Source: Chamaesiphon sp. (GTDB lineage Bacteria > Cyanobacteriota > Cyanobacteriia > Cyanobacteriales > Chamaesiphonaceae). Taken from it: DNA of 64,000 bases. Made by a program: the position numbers and the translations under genes. Below, in pieces: positions 50,677-60,573 of this stretch; the stretch's first letter is position 1, and every line of letters begins with the position of its first letter. The notes under the pieces were generated by a model. It was not told where the DNA came from, searched no databases, and worked only from the letters and a program-made list of their open reading frames with translations. The stretch is taken from assembly GCA_965246715.1 (NCBI GenBank), contig CBDFFH010000043.1, positions 96,001 to 160,000 of the forward strand, written 5' to 3'.

Positions 50677-51720
50677 ATGAACACTTCCGTCTATCCTGTC
50701 TGCTGGCAAACCGATCGCGTCCTGTTGATCGACCAAAATCGACTACCGAATGAGTATACACAGGTAGAAATCAGCCGCGTTGAGGATATGGCAGAAGCAA
50801 TTCGCACCATGATCGTGCGCGGTGCGCCAGCAATCGGGGTAGCGGCAGCTTATGGGATGTATCTCGGTGCCAGAGATCTGACGACAACAGATCGCGATGA
50901 ATTTTTGACCCAACTCACAGACATCGGTAAAACCCTCCGCGCCACTCGCCCGACTGCAGTTAACCTGTTTTGGGCGATCGATCGCATGGAGCTGACAGCC
51001 CGCACCACATTAGGCAGTGTCGAACAGATTAGCCAGCAATTACTCGTTGCTGCAAAAAAAATCAATGCCGAAGATATTGAAACCTGTAAAGCAATCGGCG
51101 AGCATGGTTTAGCAGTTTTACCCAGCAGTCCAACAAAGTTATGTTTGCTCACTCATTGCAACGCTGGTGCCCTCGCAACCGCAGGTTATGGTACAGCACT
51201 AGGCGTAGTGCGTTCGGCATGGACGCAAGGGCGGCTGGCACGGTTGTACGCTGATGAAACACGTCCCCGGCTCCAAGGTGCCAGACTCACCAGTTGGGAA
51301 TGCGTGCAGGAGGGAATTCCCGTGACGGTGATTGCTGATAGTATGGCAGCTCACTGTATGAAACAGGGTTTAATCGACGCTGTGGTCGTGGGTGCAGATC
51401 GGATTGCGGCTAATGGTGATGCTGCCAACAAAATCGGTACTTATAGTTTGGCATTGGTGGCTAAAGCACACAATATCCCATTCTTTGTTGCCGCACCACG
51501 ATCGACGATCGATTTTAGTCTCAGCGATGGCAGTCTTATCCCGATCGAAGAACGTCATCCATCCGAACTTTATCAAATTGGGGACACGATCGTTTGTCCC
51601 CCTGGAGCTGAGTTTTATAATCCGGCTTTTGATGTCACCCCCGCACATCTGATTCAAGCAATTATTACTGAATTTGGCGCATTTCCTCCCGCCGAGATTG
51701 TCAGTCTCCAAGATCGCTAA
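50677..51720 (+). CDS. mtnA: Methylthioribose-1-phosphate isomerase
   Basis: [42 protein letters not shown]. Confidence 0.95.
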   Translation: MNTSVYPVCWQTDRVLLIDQNRLPNEYTQVEISRVEDMAEAIRTMIVRGAPAIGVAAAYGMYLGARDLTTTDRDEFLTQLTDIGKTLRATRPTAVNLFWAIDRMELTARTTLGSVEQISQQLLVAAKKINAEDIETCKAIGEHGLAVLPSSPTKLCLLTHCNAGALATAGYGTALGVVRSAWTQGRLARLYADETRPRLQGARLTSWECVQEGIPVTVIADSMAAHCMKQGLIDAVVVGADRIAANGDAANKIGTYSLALVAKAHNIPFFVAAPRSTIDFSLSDGSLIPIEERHPSELYQIGDTIVCPPGAEFYNPAFDVTPAHLIQAIITEFGAFPPAEIVSLQDR

Positions 51721-51748
51721 GACTTCGAGTTTAATCTTGAGAATTGAG

Positions 51749-52327
51749 ATGTTTATTCCCTATCGCCGTTCGACTATTTTAGTTGCTTTATGCTGGCTGA
51801 CTTTTTTGATAGTTGTCTTTAGCGATACCGCCACACCTTTTGCAATTGCCATCCCAGTATGTTTGCTGTTAATCATCTGGATCGCAAGCTTGACAATCAG
51901 GGCGACTATCGTAATCGCTCTGATGGCTTGTAACCGTCTCCAAACCAACCGAGTCGAACAAAAAAATCTATTAAACTTTGGATTTGAGTCGCTGGCGATC
52001 GTTTTATCTGTGGCGCTACTTGTCTTTCAAGTTCCAACCATCGTCAGACTAAAGCTGAGCGAATCAGCTCTCAAACAATACGTTCGAGAGGTACAAACAA
52101 GGTATCATTCTACCCAAAAAATCCCAATAGCCACAAGATCGGTAGGATTATTTGAAATTAGAGAAACAGAGTTACTAGAGGGTAAGATCGTGAGGATGAT
52201 TACTGCTGCTGATTTTCTTGATGATACGGGGTTAGTCTACTCACCCGATCGAGTGCCACCTGTTCGTGGCGAAGATGCTTATCGCCATCTCTACGGTGAT
52301 TGGTGGTATTGGCATCGGAGTTGGTAA
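51749..52327 (+). CDS. Hypothetical membrane protein
   Basis: Three hydrophobic segments; C-terminal GLVYSPD..YRHLYGDWW. Confidence 0.6.
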   Translation: MFIPYRRSTILVALCWLTFLIVVFSDTATPFAIAIPVCLLLIIWIASLTIRATIVIALMACNRLQTNRVEQKNLLNFGFESLAIVLSVALLVFQVPTIVRLKLSESALKQYVREVQTRYHSTQKIPIATRSVGLFEIRETELLEGKIVRMITAADFLDDTGLVYSPDRVPPVRGEDAYRHLYGDWWYWHRSW

Positions 52328-52460
52328 TCGTCACGATTGTGTCCTTGGCTCGAGTCGTCTTCTCAGCCAGATGACAGCAACAATTTATCGATTCTTTCCG
52401 GAACCGATCGCTAAACTGACGAAGTATTAAATATTACCACCACTTATCGATGCAGCGACT

Positions 52461-52940
52461 ATGACTAACCGAATAAACCTGTGTGCCTCAATTGGCTTGA
52501 GTATTTTGTTAACTATCGGTGGGAGCATTCCAGCAATGGCACAATCAATGGCAACCGAGCGAGAGATTGCTAAGTACTCGACTGACTATATTCCTGAATT
52601 TAAGTCAACGATCGTCAATCAGTCAGGTAATGCCAAATTGGGCGAGATCGCTGTCAATGTTGATTTTGCTAGCTTTGGCGATAACAAGACAGAGTTGGAG
52701 AACGGTCAACGTCAACTAATCCACGTTAAAGGAGCTTTACTTTTCCTTAATAAAGATGCCGTATCCAAAGCCAGGATCGAGCGGAAATTCAAAAAGATTA
52801 GCATCATTCTAGTGTCGAGCGAGTCGCAAAGAAGTCTGGCGATGAGCAATGGCGAACTGATTATCAAGTCCAACTCCTTCGACCTAAACAAACTTTACAG
52901 CTCTGAAGATATTAAGGGTTTCTTACTCAAAAAACTCTAA
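52461..52940 (+). CDS. Hypothetical secreted protein
   Basis: Signal peptide ending IPAMA-Q. Confidence 0.6.
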   Translation: MTNRINLCASIGLSILLTIGGSIPAMAQSMATEREIAKYSTDYIPEFKSTIVNQSGNAKLGEIAVNVDFASFGDNKTELENGQRQLIHVKGALLFLNKDAVSKARIERKFKKISIILVSSESQRSLAMSNGELIIKSNSFDLNKLYSSEDIKGFLLKKL

Positions 52941-53130
52941 AGTAATCGGCTCTCCTGTAGTTATGGTGATAATTTAATCTTATTGACAGGAGGAGAGGGT
53001 AAGGGGTAAAGGAAACGATCGACAAGTGTTTTGGTATTCTCGGATACTATTTACCCCAAAATGTCAGGAGAGCCATCTAATTGTTGTGGGGTCAAAACTA
53101 GCTATTACTGAACTATAATTTTTAGATCGA

Positions 53131-54015
53131 TTAGGCTTTGATGTCGAATTTTGGAGATACCTTTACGATCCCGATTGTCAAGACAATCAAGAAAATCACT
53201 CCATGTATTCCAGAAATAGGATTGCCATTAATCCCAGTTACCCAGTCGGGAACTAGATCGGAATATTTGACTAATTTACCGACATTGACGATATAGTAAG
53301 CCCAAACCAGACCAGCATGAAGCCCGATCGACATGCCTAATAGATTACCATTTTGACGTTTGGCAACGATCGTTAATGTGCCTAATAAAAATAACCCTGG
53401 AAATTCGGGTAAAGACTGGAGGACTAGGGCGAGCGGTTTGATAAAATGTAGTAGTGTGTATAGAGCAGAATCGATCGTTAGGGAGACAATGGGTTGATAA
53501 TCTCGATCGAGTTCGTCCAACATCCAACCACGAAAAAATAGCTCCTCTGCTAATGCCACACCTAGCGATGTCGCTGCACCTTCGAGGATTAATTGTAGGA
53601 GCGATAGCTGTGGCGATTGCCATGTCAACCACCCAAAGATTCCTTGCGTGACAAATAGCGCAAACGTAAAGCCTAACCCGATCGCCAATCCTTTAAGTAG
53701 TAACCAGCCATTTCGCTGTGTGACGACCATCCCATAGCGATAAAACAGATTTGGATGATTGTATACTTTCCGTCCCCACCACGGCAGAATTGCAAAAAAT
53801 TCGATCGCCAGCCATCCCATCGTCAGGATCGAGAGTAAATTTTTGGTACCAGGATCTTCGAGATTTTGGTGGGTCAGACCCATCACTCCATAGATTAAGG
53901 CTAGCCCTGGCACCCACAATATAATTAGCACCAGTAGGAAGCTAAACATCCTGGCTGGTGCCGAGTAATTTTTGATGGAACTAAGATTGGGCAGTTTCAT
54001 AGATCTAAAATTCAA
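53131..54015 (-). CDS. CPBP (CAAX/Abi) intramembrane metalloprotease
   Basis: AEELFFRG, LLH and IGLHAG motifs. Confidence 0.88.
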   Translation of the reverse strand: MNFRSMKLPNLSSIKNYSAPARMFSFLLVLIILWVPGLALIYGVMGLTHQNLEDPGTKNLLSILTMGWLAIEFFAILPWWGRKVYNHPNLFYRYGMVVTQRNGWLLLKGLAIGLGFTFALFVTQGIFGWLTWQSPQLSLLQLILEGAATSLGVALAEELFFRGWMLDELDRDYQPIVSLTIDSALYTLLHFIKPLALVLQSLPEFPGLFLLGTLTIVAKRQNGNLLGMSIGLHAGLVWAYYIVNVGKLVKYSDLVPDWVTGINGNPISGIHGVIFLIVLTIGIVKVSPKFDIKA

Positions 54016-54085
54016 AATGTCTAGCCGACACTATTAGATTAGTTCAAATGACGGCGAACATTGAATTTTAGTTTTAGATGTTAGG

Positions 54086-54367
54086 TTATTCTGCTGGCTC
54101 GATCGTACTACTCAGACCGTTAGTCTTTAGAATCTCGCAATAATGCTCGGCATGTTCTTGGTTGCAGACGATCACCATTGCCATCCCATACTGATGAGCT
54201 TCCATCATCACATTAATCGCATGAGGTGGGGACATATTCGGGATATTGCCAACCAACACCTCGACGACATGCTCCATGCTATTAAAATCATCATTGTGGA
54301 GCAGCACGCGATAATTAGGCGCAAGCTTACGGGATGTTGAACGCTTCTCAATAGTTTCAACAGACAC
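54086..54367 (-). CDS. clpS: ATP-dependent Clp protease adaptor
   Basis: YRVLLHNDDFNSMEHV..MMEAH..AEHYCE. Confidence 0.94.
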   Translation of the reverse strand: MSVETIEKRSTSRKLAPNYRVLLHNDDFNSMEHVVEVLVGNIPNMSPPHAINVMMEAHQYGMAMVIVCNQEHAEHYCEILKTNGLSSTIEPAE

Positions 54368-54556
54368 GCTTATAACTCTCTCTTACTAAAATTGGACAAC
54401 TCTATCTATTATGCCGCGATCGATTCAACTTTGCTCGATGAGCGAGAAATGTTTAGGATAGTGGAAGTTGAGAGCGAACAGTGAACAGTGAACAGTAACT
54501 TTCATTTCCCCTCTTCCTCTACTTCCCTACTCCCCACACTTCCCATACTCCCCAAG

Positions 54557-55459
54557 ATGACCGCAACAACCACCATTAACCCATCCACCCAACCCATCCC
54601 AGGTCAATATTGGACGTGGCGAGGAGAGCAAATTTATTACGTCCAGGCTGGGGGCGCACATCCAGAACGACCGCCGCTATTGTTAATTCATGGGTTTGGA
54701 GCTTCGACGGATCATTGGCGCAAAAATATTTCCGAACTCAGTCAAGAATTTCAGGTATATGCGATCGATCTTCTCGGTTTCGGACGTGCAGCAAAACCAG
54801 CCTGGAACTACACCGCGCAACTATGGCAAGACCAATTGCATGATTTTATTACGGAAGTTATCGGTCGTCCAAGCGTCCTCGTTGGCAATTCACTCGGTGG
54901 CTATGCAGCCTTGTGTGTCGCCGCGAATTATCCCGAATCGGCTGCTGGTCTGGTCTTAATCAATAGTGCTGGGCCATTTACCGATAGTACCCATCCCAAA
55001 GAGCCGACAGCGGTTCAAAAATTCCTCAATGAAATGGTAACAGGCATTCTCCGCCACCCAGTGGGCAATTTCCTATTATATAAATTCGTCCAACGTAAAT
55101 CTTTTATCCGCGATACCCTCAACAAGGTGTATGTAGATAAAACAGCGGTAACGGAACAATTAGTCGATGAAATTTATCGTCCTTCCTGCGATGCTGGCGC
55201 GACGGAGGTATTTGCATCGGTATTTAGCAACCAACAAGGTGAAAAAGTCGATATTTTACTCGGGAAAATGCAATGTCCGCTGTTGATGCTTTGGGGTGAA
55301 GGCGATCCTTGGATTAATGCTCGTCAGCGCGGGGCAAAGTTTCGTGAATATTATCCACAACTAGAAGAACATTATTTTAACGCTGGACACTGTCCGCATG
55401 ATGAAATCCCCAGTCAGCTCGACAGTAAAATCTCTCAGTGGATGCATCATCTAAGTTAA
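54557..55459 (+). CDS. Alpha/beta-fold hydrolase
   Basis: LLIHGFGAS, IDLLGFG, GNSLGG, WGEGDPW, AGHCPHDE. Confidence 0.92.
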   Translation: MTATTTINPSTQPIPGQYWTWRGEQIYYVQAGGAHPERPPLLLIHGFGASTDHWRKNISELSQEFQVYAIDLLGFGRAAKPAWNYTAQLWQDQLHDFITEVIGRPSVLVGNSLGGYAALCVAANYPESAAGLVLINSAGPFTDSTHPKEPTAVQKFLNEMVTGILRHPVGNFLLYKFVQRKSFIRDTLNKVYVDKTAVTEQLVDEIYRPSCDAGATEVFASVFSNQQGEKVDILLGKMQCPLLMLWGEGDPWINARQRGAKFREYYPQLEEHYFNAGHCPHDEIPSQLDSKISQWMHHLS

Positions 55460-55544
55460 AGTTATCGCGCAGAGTCGATTACACAGCTTAAATGTGACGA
55501 TCGATCCATAACGATCCGGAAACTGGGCAGCGAGACTTGTATGA

Positions 55545-57401
55545 TTGAGTAAATCTGTCCGGTCGATCGCCACCATGCAGCCGTCAATTCGTCTTTCTCG
55601 TTCCGCGCAACCGACATTCATCGATCTACTTATCTTCCAACTCAAAGTCTGGGGACTACAGTTGAGAAGAACGATTATCGACCTCGGGAATCGATCGATC
55701 CGCAAACATCCTACCCAGGAACGACCGGACATTTTAGGGCCGATTTTAGCCGAATCTCGATCGCCGATCTGGAGCACAAGCGTTCCTGGTTTGGTAACGG
55801 GTTCGATCGATTTAGAACAACCCCTGATCGCCGGAAAAATTCATAACCTGCGGGTGGCAATTTGCCAGCTCAATGGGGTAGAAATACCTGCGGGAGATGT
55901 TTTTAGCTTTTGGGCGCAAATCGGCCAACCGAGTAGATTTAGGGGCTATGTTAAGGGCAGAGAACTCAGGCAAGGTTGCATCGTACCGACGATCGCGGGT
56001 GGCTTATGTCAATTGGCAAATGCCCTCTATCAAGTGGCGCTAGATGCCGATCTGGAAATAATCGAACGCCATCGGCACAGTACGATCGTGGCGGGTGCGG
56101 ATGCCGAAACAGATCGAGATGCGACAATCTTTTGGAATTATGTAGATCTGCGCTTTCGGGTCGATCGATCGATTAGAATTGAGGCCCAATTAACTAGCGA
56201 TACGCTTATCGTTAGACTCCGGGGGACGCAGGTAGAAATTCCGCCGGATGTATTGAAAAGTATGCCGATAGTTAACTTGGCACCGAACGAGCAAATCGCC
56301 AGTTGTCAAAGTTGTCACGCGACTGATTGCATTCGGAAACTCACTATTCCAGCCACAGCCGAGAAATTTGGGACTACTGCGTATCTCGTCGATGAATATT
56401 GGGCCGAATTCGATCGCTATCTCCAGCAGCAGCGCACCGAGCGAGATCTGCTGCTCGTTCCGCTCGATGGCCAGCGTTGGCGCAAGCCAAATTATCATTG
56501 GACGCAGACTGGCTTTGGGAAGGTACATCGAGCGACGATCGCGACATTAATCAGATCGATCGCCTCGCGCAATATGCCAATTCAAGGCTCCTCGCGTCAG
56601 CAAATCTTACTCTGGCAAGATGCCAAATTAGCCGCACAATTTAGTAAATCGCTGAGATATGATGTCACCCATCTGGTGGTGATGCAAAATTTATTGCCCT
56701 ATCTTTGGCAGTCTGGAGTATTGGGCGGACGGACGTTTGATGTGTTGATGACACGATTGCCGATCGCCGATTTACAATTACAATTGACAGCAGCACACGA
56801 GACTTATCCAGAAAGTCCGACGCTCGGTGATTTTCGAGCCGATCGATCTTTATTAGAACTAGAACGTCAAGCCTTACAATCCGCCCGAAAAATTATTACC
56901 CCACATCGCCAAATTGCCGCGCTATTTGCCGATCGAGCGATCTTACTCGATTGGCAATTACCAACAATCGTTGGCGAAGCCTCTCCTGTGGAGAATCGGC
57001 TACCACTGCCAGGACAAAAAATTCTCTTTCCATCGGCAACTTTAGGCCGCAAGGGAGCCTATGAATTAAGATCGATCGCCCAAGAATTAGATTTAGAGTT
57101 AACCGTGCTCAAGCCGTTGCTCGAAGGGCAAAATTTTTGGGATGGGGTGAAGATTACGGCGCTCGAGCGATTGAGTCTCGATGGTGTTGGCTTGGTAATT
57201 TTGCCCGCACATATCGAACACAAGCCGCGTTTTTTGCTCCGCGCGATCGCGTGTGGAATTCCAGTAATTGCTACCGAGGCTTGTGGGCTGGGAAAAATGG
57301 CAGGTGTCACGACAATTCCAATTGGTGATGTTGATGCCTTGCGATCGGCAATTATAAAATATTGTCATCCTCAGTTTGCAAGCTCTCGCGATCGATCTTA
57401 A
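55545..57401 (+). CDS. VanW-domain protein fused to a GT-B-like C-terminal domain
   Basis: VanW motifs FSFW..G, GGLCQLANALY, ERHRH, DAT..YVDLRF; C-terminal LP..E..LLRAIACGIPVIAT. Confidence 0.78.
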   Translation: MSKSVRSIATMQPSIRLSRSAQPTFIDLLIFQLKVWGLQLRRTIIDLGNRSIRKHPTQERPDILGPILAESRSPIWSTSVPGLVTGSIDLEQPLIAGKIHNLRVAICQLNGVEIPAGDVFSFWAQIGQPSRFRGYVKGRELRQGCIVPTIAGGLCQLANALYQVALDADLEIIERHRHSTIVAGADAETDRDATIFWNYVDLRFRVDRSIRIEAQLTSDTLIVRLRGTQVEIPPDVLKSMPIVNLAPNEQIASCQSCHATDCIRKLTIPATAEKFGTTAYLVDEYWAEFDRYLQQQRTERDLLLVPLDGQRWRKPNYHWTQTGFGKVHRATIATLIRSIASRNMPIQGSSRQQILLWQDAKLAAQFSKSLRYDVTHLVVMQNLLPYLWQSGVLGGRTFDVLMTRLPIADLQLQLTAAHETYPESPTLGDFRADRSLLELERQALQSARKIITPHRQIAALFADRAILLDWQLPTIVGEASPVENRLPLPGQKILFPSATLGRKGAYELRSIAQELDLELTVLKPLLEGQNFWDGVKITALERLSLDGVGLVILPAHIEHKPRFLLRAIACGIPVIATEACGLGKMAGVTTIPIGDVDALRSAIIKYCHPQFASSRDRS

Positions 57402-57641
57402 TGGTATAATCTAATTTTTCCAACTTTTTTAAAACTTTACTCGTGTTTTGAGCTACAGTTTCTCGATCGGTTTGACACTCGACATCGGGAGTTAGTGGTA
57501 CTTTATAAGGTAAGCTAATTCCAGTGAAGTTATCGATCGATACGGCGACAGCGCCAAAATCGTAGAGATTTAAGTGGCGATCGACGCCCACTAGCTATGG
57601 TTAAAGTAACATAATGGTGTGTAAGACTCAGCAGGACACAG

Positions 57642-57971
57642 TTGATGACACTTCGATCGCTGCAAACTCAACTGCTTGCGCTCACTCCCGACGAAAAATA
57701 TCAAACGATCCAACTCCTCACCAGTAGCCTAGCAACTCCCTGGCAAGGCATCAATAAAACCCCCGATCTCATGGGTGGTGAAGCCTGCATTCGAGATACC
57801 CGCATTCCTGTCTGGCTCTTGGTTAGTTATATGCGGATGGGAGTGAGCGAAGCAAAAATCCTCGATAACTACCCCACCCTGACAGCTACCGATCTCGTCA
57901 ACGCTTGGAGCTATGCTAGTGCAAATCCTGACGAAATCGATCGGGCGATCGATCGGCAAGAAGCAGCATGA
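57642..57971 (+). CDS. DUF433 antitoxin-like protein
   Basis: TPDLMGGEACIRDTRIPVW..ILDNYPTL. Confidence 0.88.
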   Translation: MMTLRSLQTQLLALTPDEKYQTIQLLTSSLATPWQGINKTPDLMGGEACIRDTRIPVWLLVSYMRMGVSEAKILDNYPTLTATDLVNAWSYASANPDEIDRAIDRQEAA

Positions 57972-57977
57972 TACTTG

Positions 57978-58356
57978 ATGGCAAAATTTTATGCAGACGA
58001 ACAATTTTCCAAAGTGACTACGATTGCGCTCCGCGCGCTCGGACATGATGTGGTAACCGTGCAAGAGGCTGGGAATGGAAATCAGAAAATTCCCGATCCT
58101 GAAGTTCTCGCTTTTGCAACAGGTCAAAATCGAGCCGTTCTCACCCTCAATCGTTATGATTTTATCCGTCTACACAAGCAATCGTCTCACCATGCAGGCA
58201 TAATTGCATGTAGTCAATTACCCGTTGTGGTGGGGGTATCCTGCTGTTCTAAGTGAAAACACTGATTTTGAAAGGCTAGCTCAGAAAATCCATGAAGCTG
58301 TTTGTAACCTCGAATACTTAACCGATCGACTCATTCGCGTTTATCGAGATGCTTAG
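57978..58356 (+). pseudogene. DUF5615 PIN-like toxin, frameshifted by a 40-bp insertion
   Basis: KFYADEQ..GHDV..PDPEVL..LTLNRYDF..HAGIIACS. The downstream frame continues ENTDFERLAQKIHEA..RLIRVYRDA* after the insertion at 58212-58251. Confidence 0.72.
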
Positions 58357-58450
58357 GACTCCCCAAGAGCTAGTAAATAGATCGACGACAATCGATCTCC
58401 GTTCATCATCGATCGACAATCGAGCGATTTATCGACGCTTGCATTTAGAA

Positions 58451-58498
58451 AATGCCTACGATTGAAACTGCTTTGAGTTTAGGTAGCAACTTGGGTTA
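58451..58498. repeat. Truncated MITE family C end
   Basis: aatgcctacgattg...ggtagcaacttgggtta; overlaps the ddl stop codon. Confidence 0.55.
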
Positions 58499-59674
58499 TT
58501 TAAATAGGGCGCGCATTCCTTCTTGGCGTTTGAGGGCGAGTTTGGTGACTTGGCGTTTTTCGGCTTGGCGGATGATGCGATTGAGTAGTTCGGTATATAC
58601 CAGCGGTGGGTTAGATTTCACCCATAGATAAAAGGAGAGCGAACCAGGGAGAGTATTAATCTCGTTGAAATAGAGCTTGTCGCAGCTTGCATCGATAATA
58701 AAATCGATCCGTGATACGCCCGAACAGCCTAGTACTTTAAAGGCTTTTTTGGCATAGTCTAGTGCGGCTTGTTTGAGTTCGGGATTGAGGTCTTGAGGGT
58801 CGATGACGCGGGACAAACTGGCCATCCCTTGCGATTCGTTCCCGCCGGTTTTTTTGCCGCCATCGTCCCGCAGATACTTCTCTTCAAATGTCAGCACGCC
58901 GCTGAGCGAGACCGGCATTTCAAGCACGGAAGCGGTGATTTCATCGTCTTCGAGGACAGATACATTCACTTCGACAATCTCTTTGACACAGGGTTCGACG
59001 ATCGCGTGACTATCATACCGGAAGGTGTTGACCAAACAAGCATTTAAAGTCCGCTCGTCTTTTGCTACGCCAATACCGATACTCGAACCGAGATTACAAG
59101 GTTTGACAAAGAGGGGAAACTGTTCGAGTCCAGGGGTGGCAAAAATCTGTTCGCGGACGGCGGTGAGGCTCTTTTGGGCATCGCGGCGATCGATTTGGGC
59201 AGCGGGTAAGACGGGAATCCCATGTGCTTTGAGCATGGTTTTGCACTGATATTTATTCATCCCTAGCGCGGCGGGAAGTACACCACAGCCGGTATAGGTC
59301 GCATCGGCCATTTCCAACATCCCCTGGATGCAGCCATCTTCACCAAAAGTACCGTGAAAGGCGAGGAAATAGATATCGACGGGGAGAATGTCGTTTCGGC
59401 GTGAATTGAGGTAGGTGAGTCCTTTACTTCCCGCTACAGGTAATAAGGCAACTTCCTGTGCCGCTCTGACAGAATTGGGGAGACGACGATAGAAGTTTTT
59501 ATCGAGCAGTTCGTCGCCGACATACCAGCGTCCGGTTTGAGCGATATAGACGGGGATAATATGATATTGAGTAACGTCGATGACGTTGATGAGTTGCAGG
59601 GCGGTGATGACAGAGATTTCGTGTTCGACGGATCTCCCTCCAAATAGGACTGCGAGGTTCTTCTTCTTCATCAT
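58496..59674 (-). CDS. ddl: D-alanine-D-alanine ligase family protein
   Basis: LFGGRSVEHEIS, HGTFGEDG, VKP..LGSSIG, RIDF, NEINTLPG. Confidence 0.85.
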   Translation of the reverse strand: MMKKKNLAVLFGGRSVEHEISVITALQLINVIDVTQYHIIPVYIAQTGRWYVGDELLDKNFYRRLPNSVRAAQEVALLPVAGSKGLTYLNSRRNDILPVDIYFLAFHGTFGEDGCIQGMLEMADATYTGCGVLPAALGMNKYQCKTMLKAHGIPVLPAAQIDRRDAQKSLTAVREQIFATPGLEQFPLFVKPCNLGSSIGIGVAKDERTLNACLVNTFRYDSHAIVEPCVKEIVEVNVSVLEDDEITASVLEMPVSLSGVLTFEEKYLRDDGGKKTGGNESQGMASLSRVIDPQDLNPELKQAALDYAKKAFKVLGCSGVSRIDFIIDASCDKLYFNEINTLPGSLSFYLWVKSNPPLVYTELLNRIIRQAEKRQVTKLALKRQEGMRALFK

Positions 59675-59778
59675 GTCAACTACTACCCTGTGTCAGACGA
59701 TCGTGCCGTCAAACATTCTACAATTATCTGACCGGATCGTTGGTAAATTAAATTCCCCTTGTCCTAAATAAAACTCAT

Positions 59779-60573
59779 TTGTCACAGCAGCCCCTAATTA
59801 ATCCCCATGTCTATATTATCGGTGTCGGCCCTGGCGATCCCGATTTGTTGACCGTCAAGGCACATCGCCTCATCGCAACGGCAGAGGTAATTTTGTATGC
59901 AGATTCGCTAATTCCCGATCGGATGTTGCAAGACACCCGATCGGATGTGGAGATTATCAAAACTAGCGATCGTACTTTAGAAGAAATTATCGCAGTAATG
60001 GTCGATCGAGTCCGATCGGGTTTACTTGTAGCGCGGTTACATTCAGGCGACTTGACGCTGTATAGTGCCATTACCGAGCAGATTCAGGCCTTGCGAGCTG
60101 TCGATATTACCGTAGAATTGGTACCAGGAGTCGGCGCATTTCAAGCTGCTGCGGCCAAACTTCAAGTCGAACTTACCGTTCCCGAACTGGTACAAACGAT
60201 TATTCTGACGCGCCCATCGGGGAGAGCTTCCGCTGTACCTGCGGCGGAGGATTTGGCGAGTTTAGCCGCGCATCGATCGAGTTTGTGTCTCTATCTTGCC
60301 GCTCGGCATGTCGAGACAGCTCAAGCGCAATTATTGCAACACTATGACCCCGATACGCCAGTGGCGATTTGCTTTCGAGTCGGTTGGGAGGAGGAACAAA
60401 TCTGGGTAGTACCGCTGACAGAGATGGCGGCAGTTACCACTAGGGAAAATTTGGTGCGATCGACGATGTATATCATCAGTCCGGCATTGTCAGAACTTCA
60501 TGGCTCTACTGCTCGGACACGATCGCAATTATATCATCCCGATTACGATCGCTTATTTCGATCGCGCGATTGA
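59779..60573 (+). CDS. cobM: Precorrin-4 C11-methyltransferase
   Basis: [45 protein letters not shown]. Confidence 0.92.
   Translation: MSQQPLINPHVYIIGVGPGDPDLLTVKAHRLIATAEVILYADSLIPDRMLQDTRSDVEIIKTSDRTLEEIIAVMVDRVRSGLLVARLHSGDLTLYSAITEQIQALRAVDITVELVPGVGAFQAAAAKLQVELTVPELVQTIILTRPSGRASAVPAAEDLASLAAHRSSLCLYLAARHVETAQAQLLQHYDPDTPVAICFRVGWEEEQIWVVPLTEMAAVTTRENLVRSTMYIISPALSELHGSTARTRSQLYHPDYDRLFRSRD

Noticed and set aside
57352..57591. 79-aa minus-strand ORF
   Set aside because: No motif recognised and it overlaps the VanW gene end; possibly a fragment but unsupported.
58213..58240. gtcaattaccc..gggg resembling an IS200/IS605 (IscB omega-RNA) end
   Set aside because: The match is too short and there is no associated ORF or RNA scaffold.
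55545..59674. VanW plus ddl as a glycopeptide-resistance cluster
   Set aside because: No vanH, vanX, vanR or vanS; the genes are convergent and separated by a TA pair.
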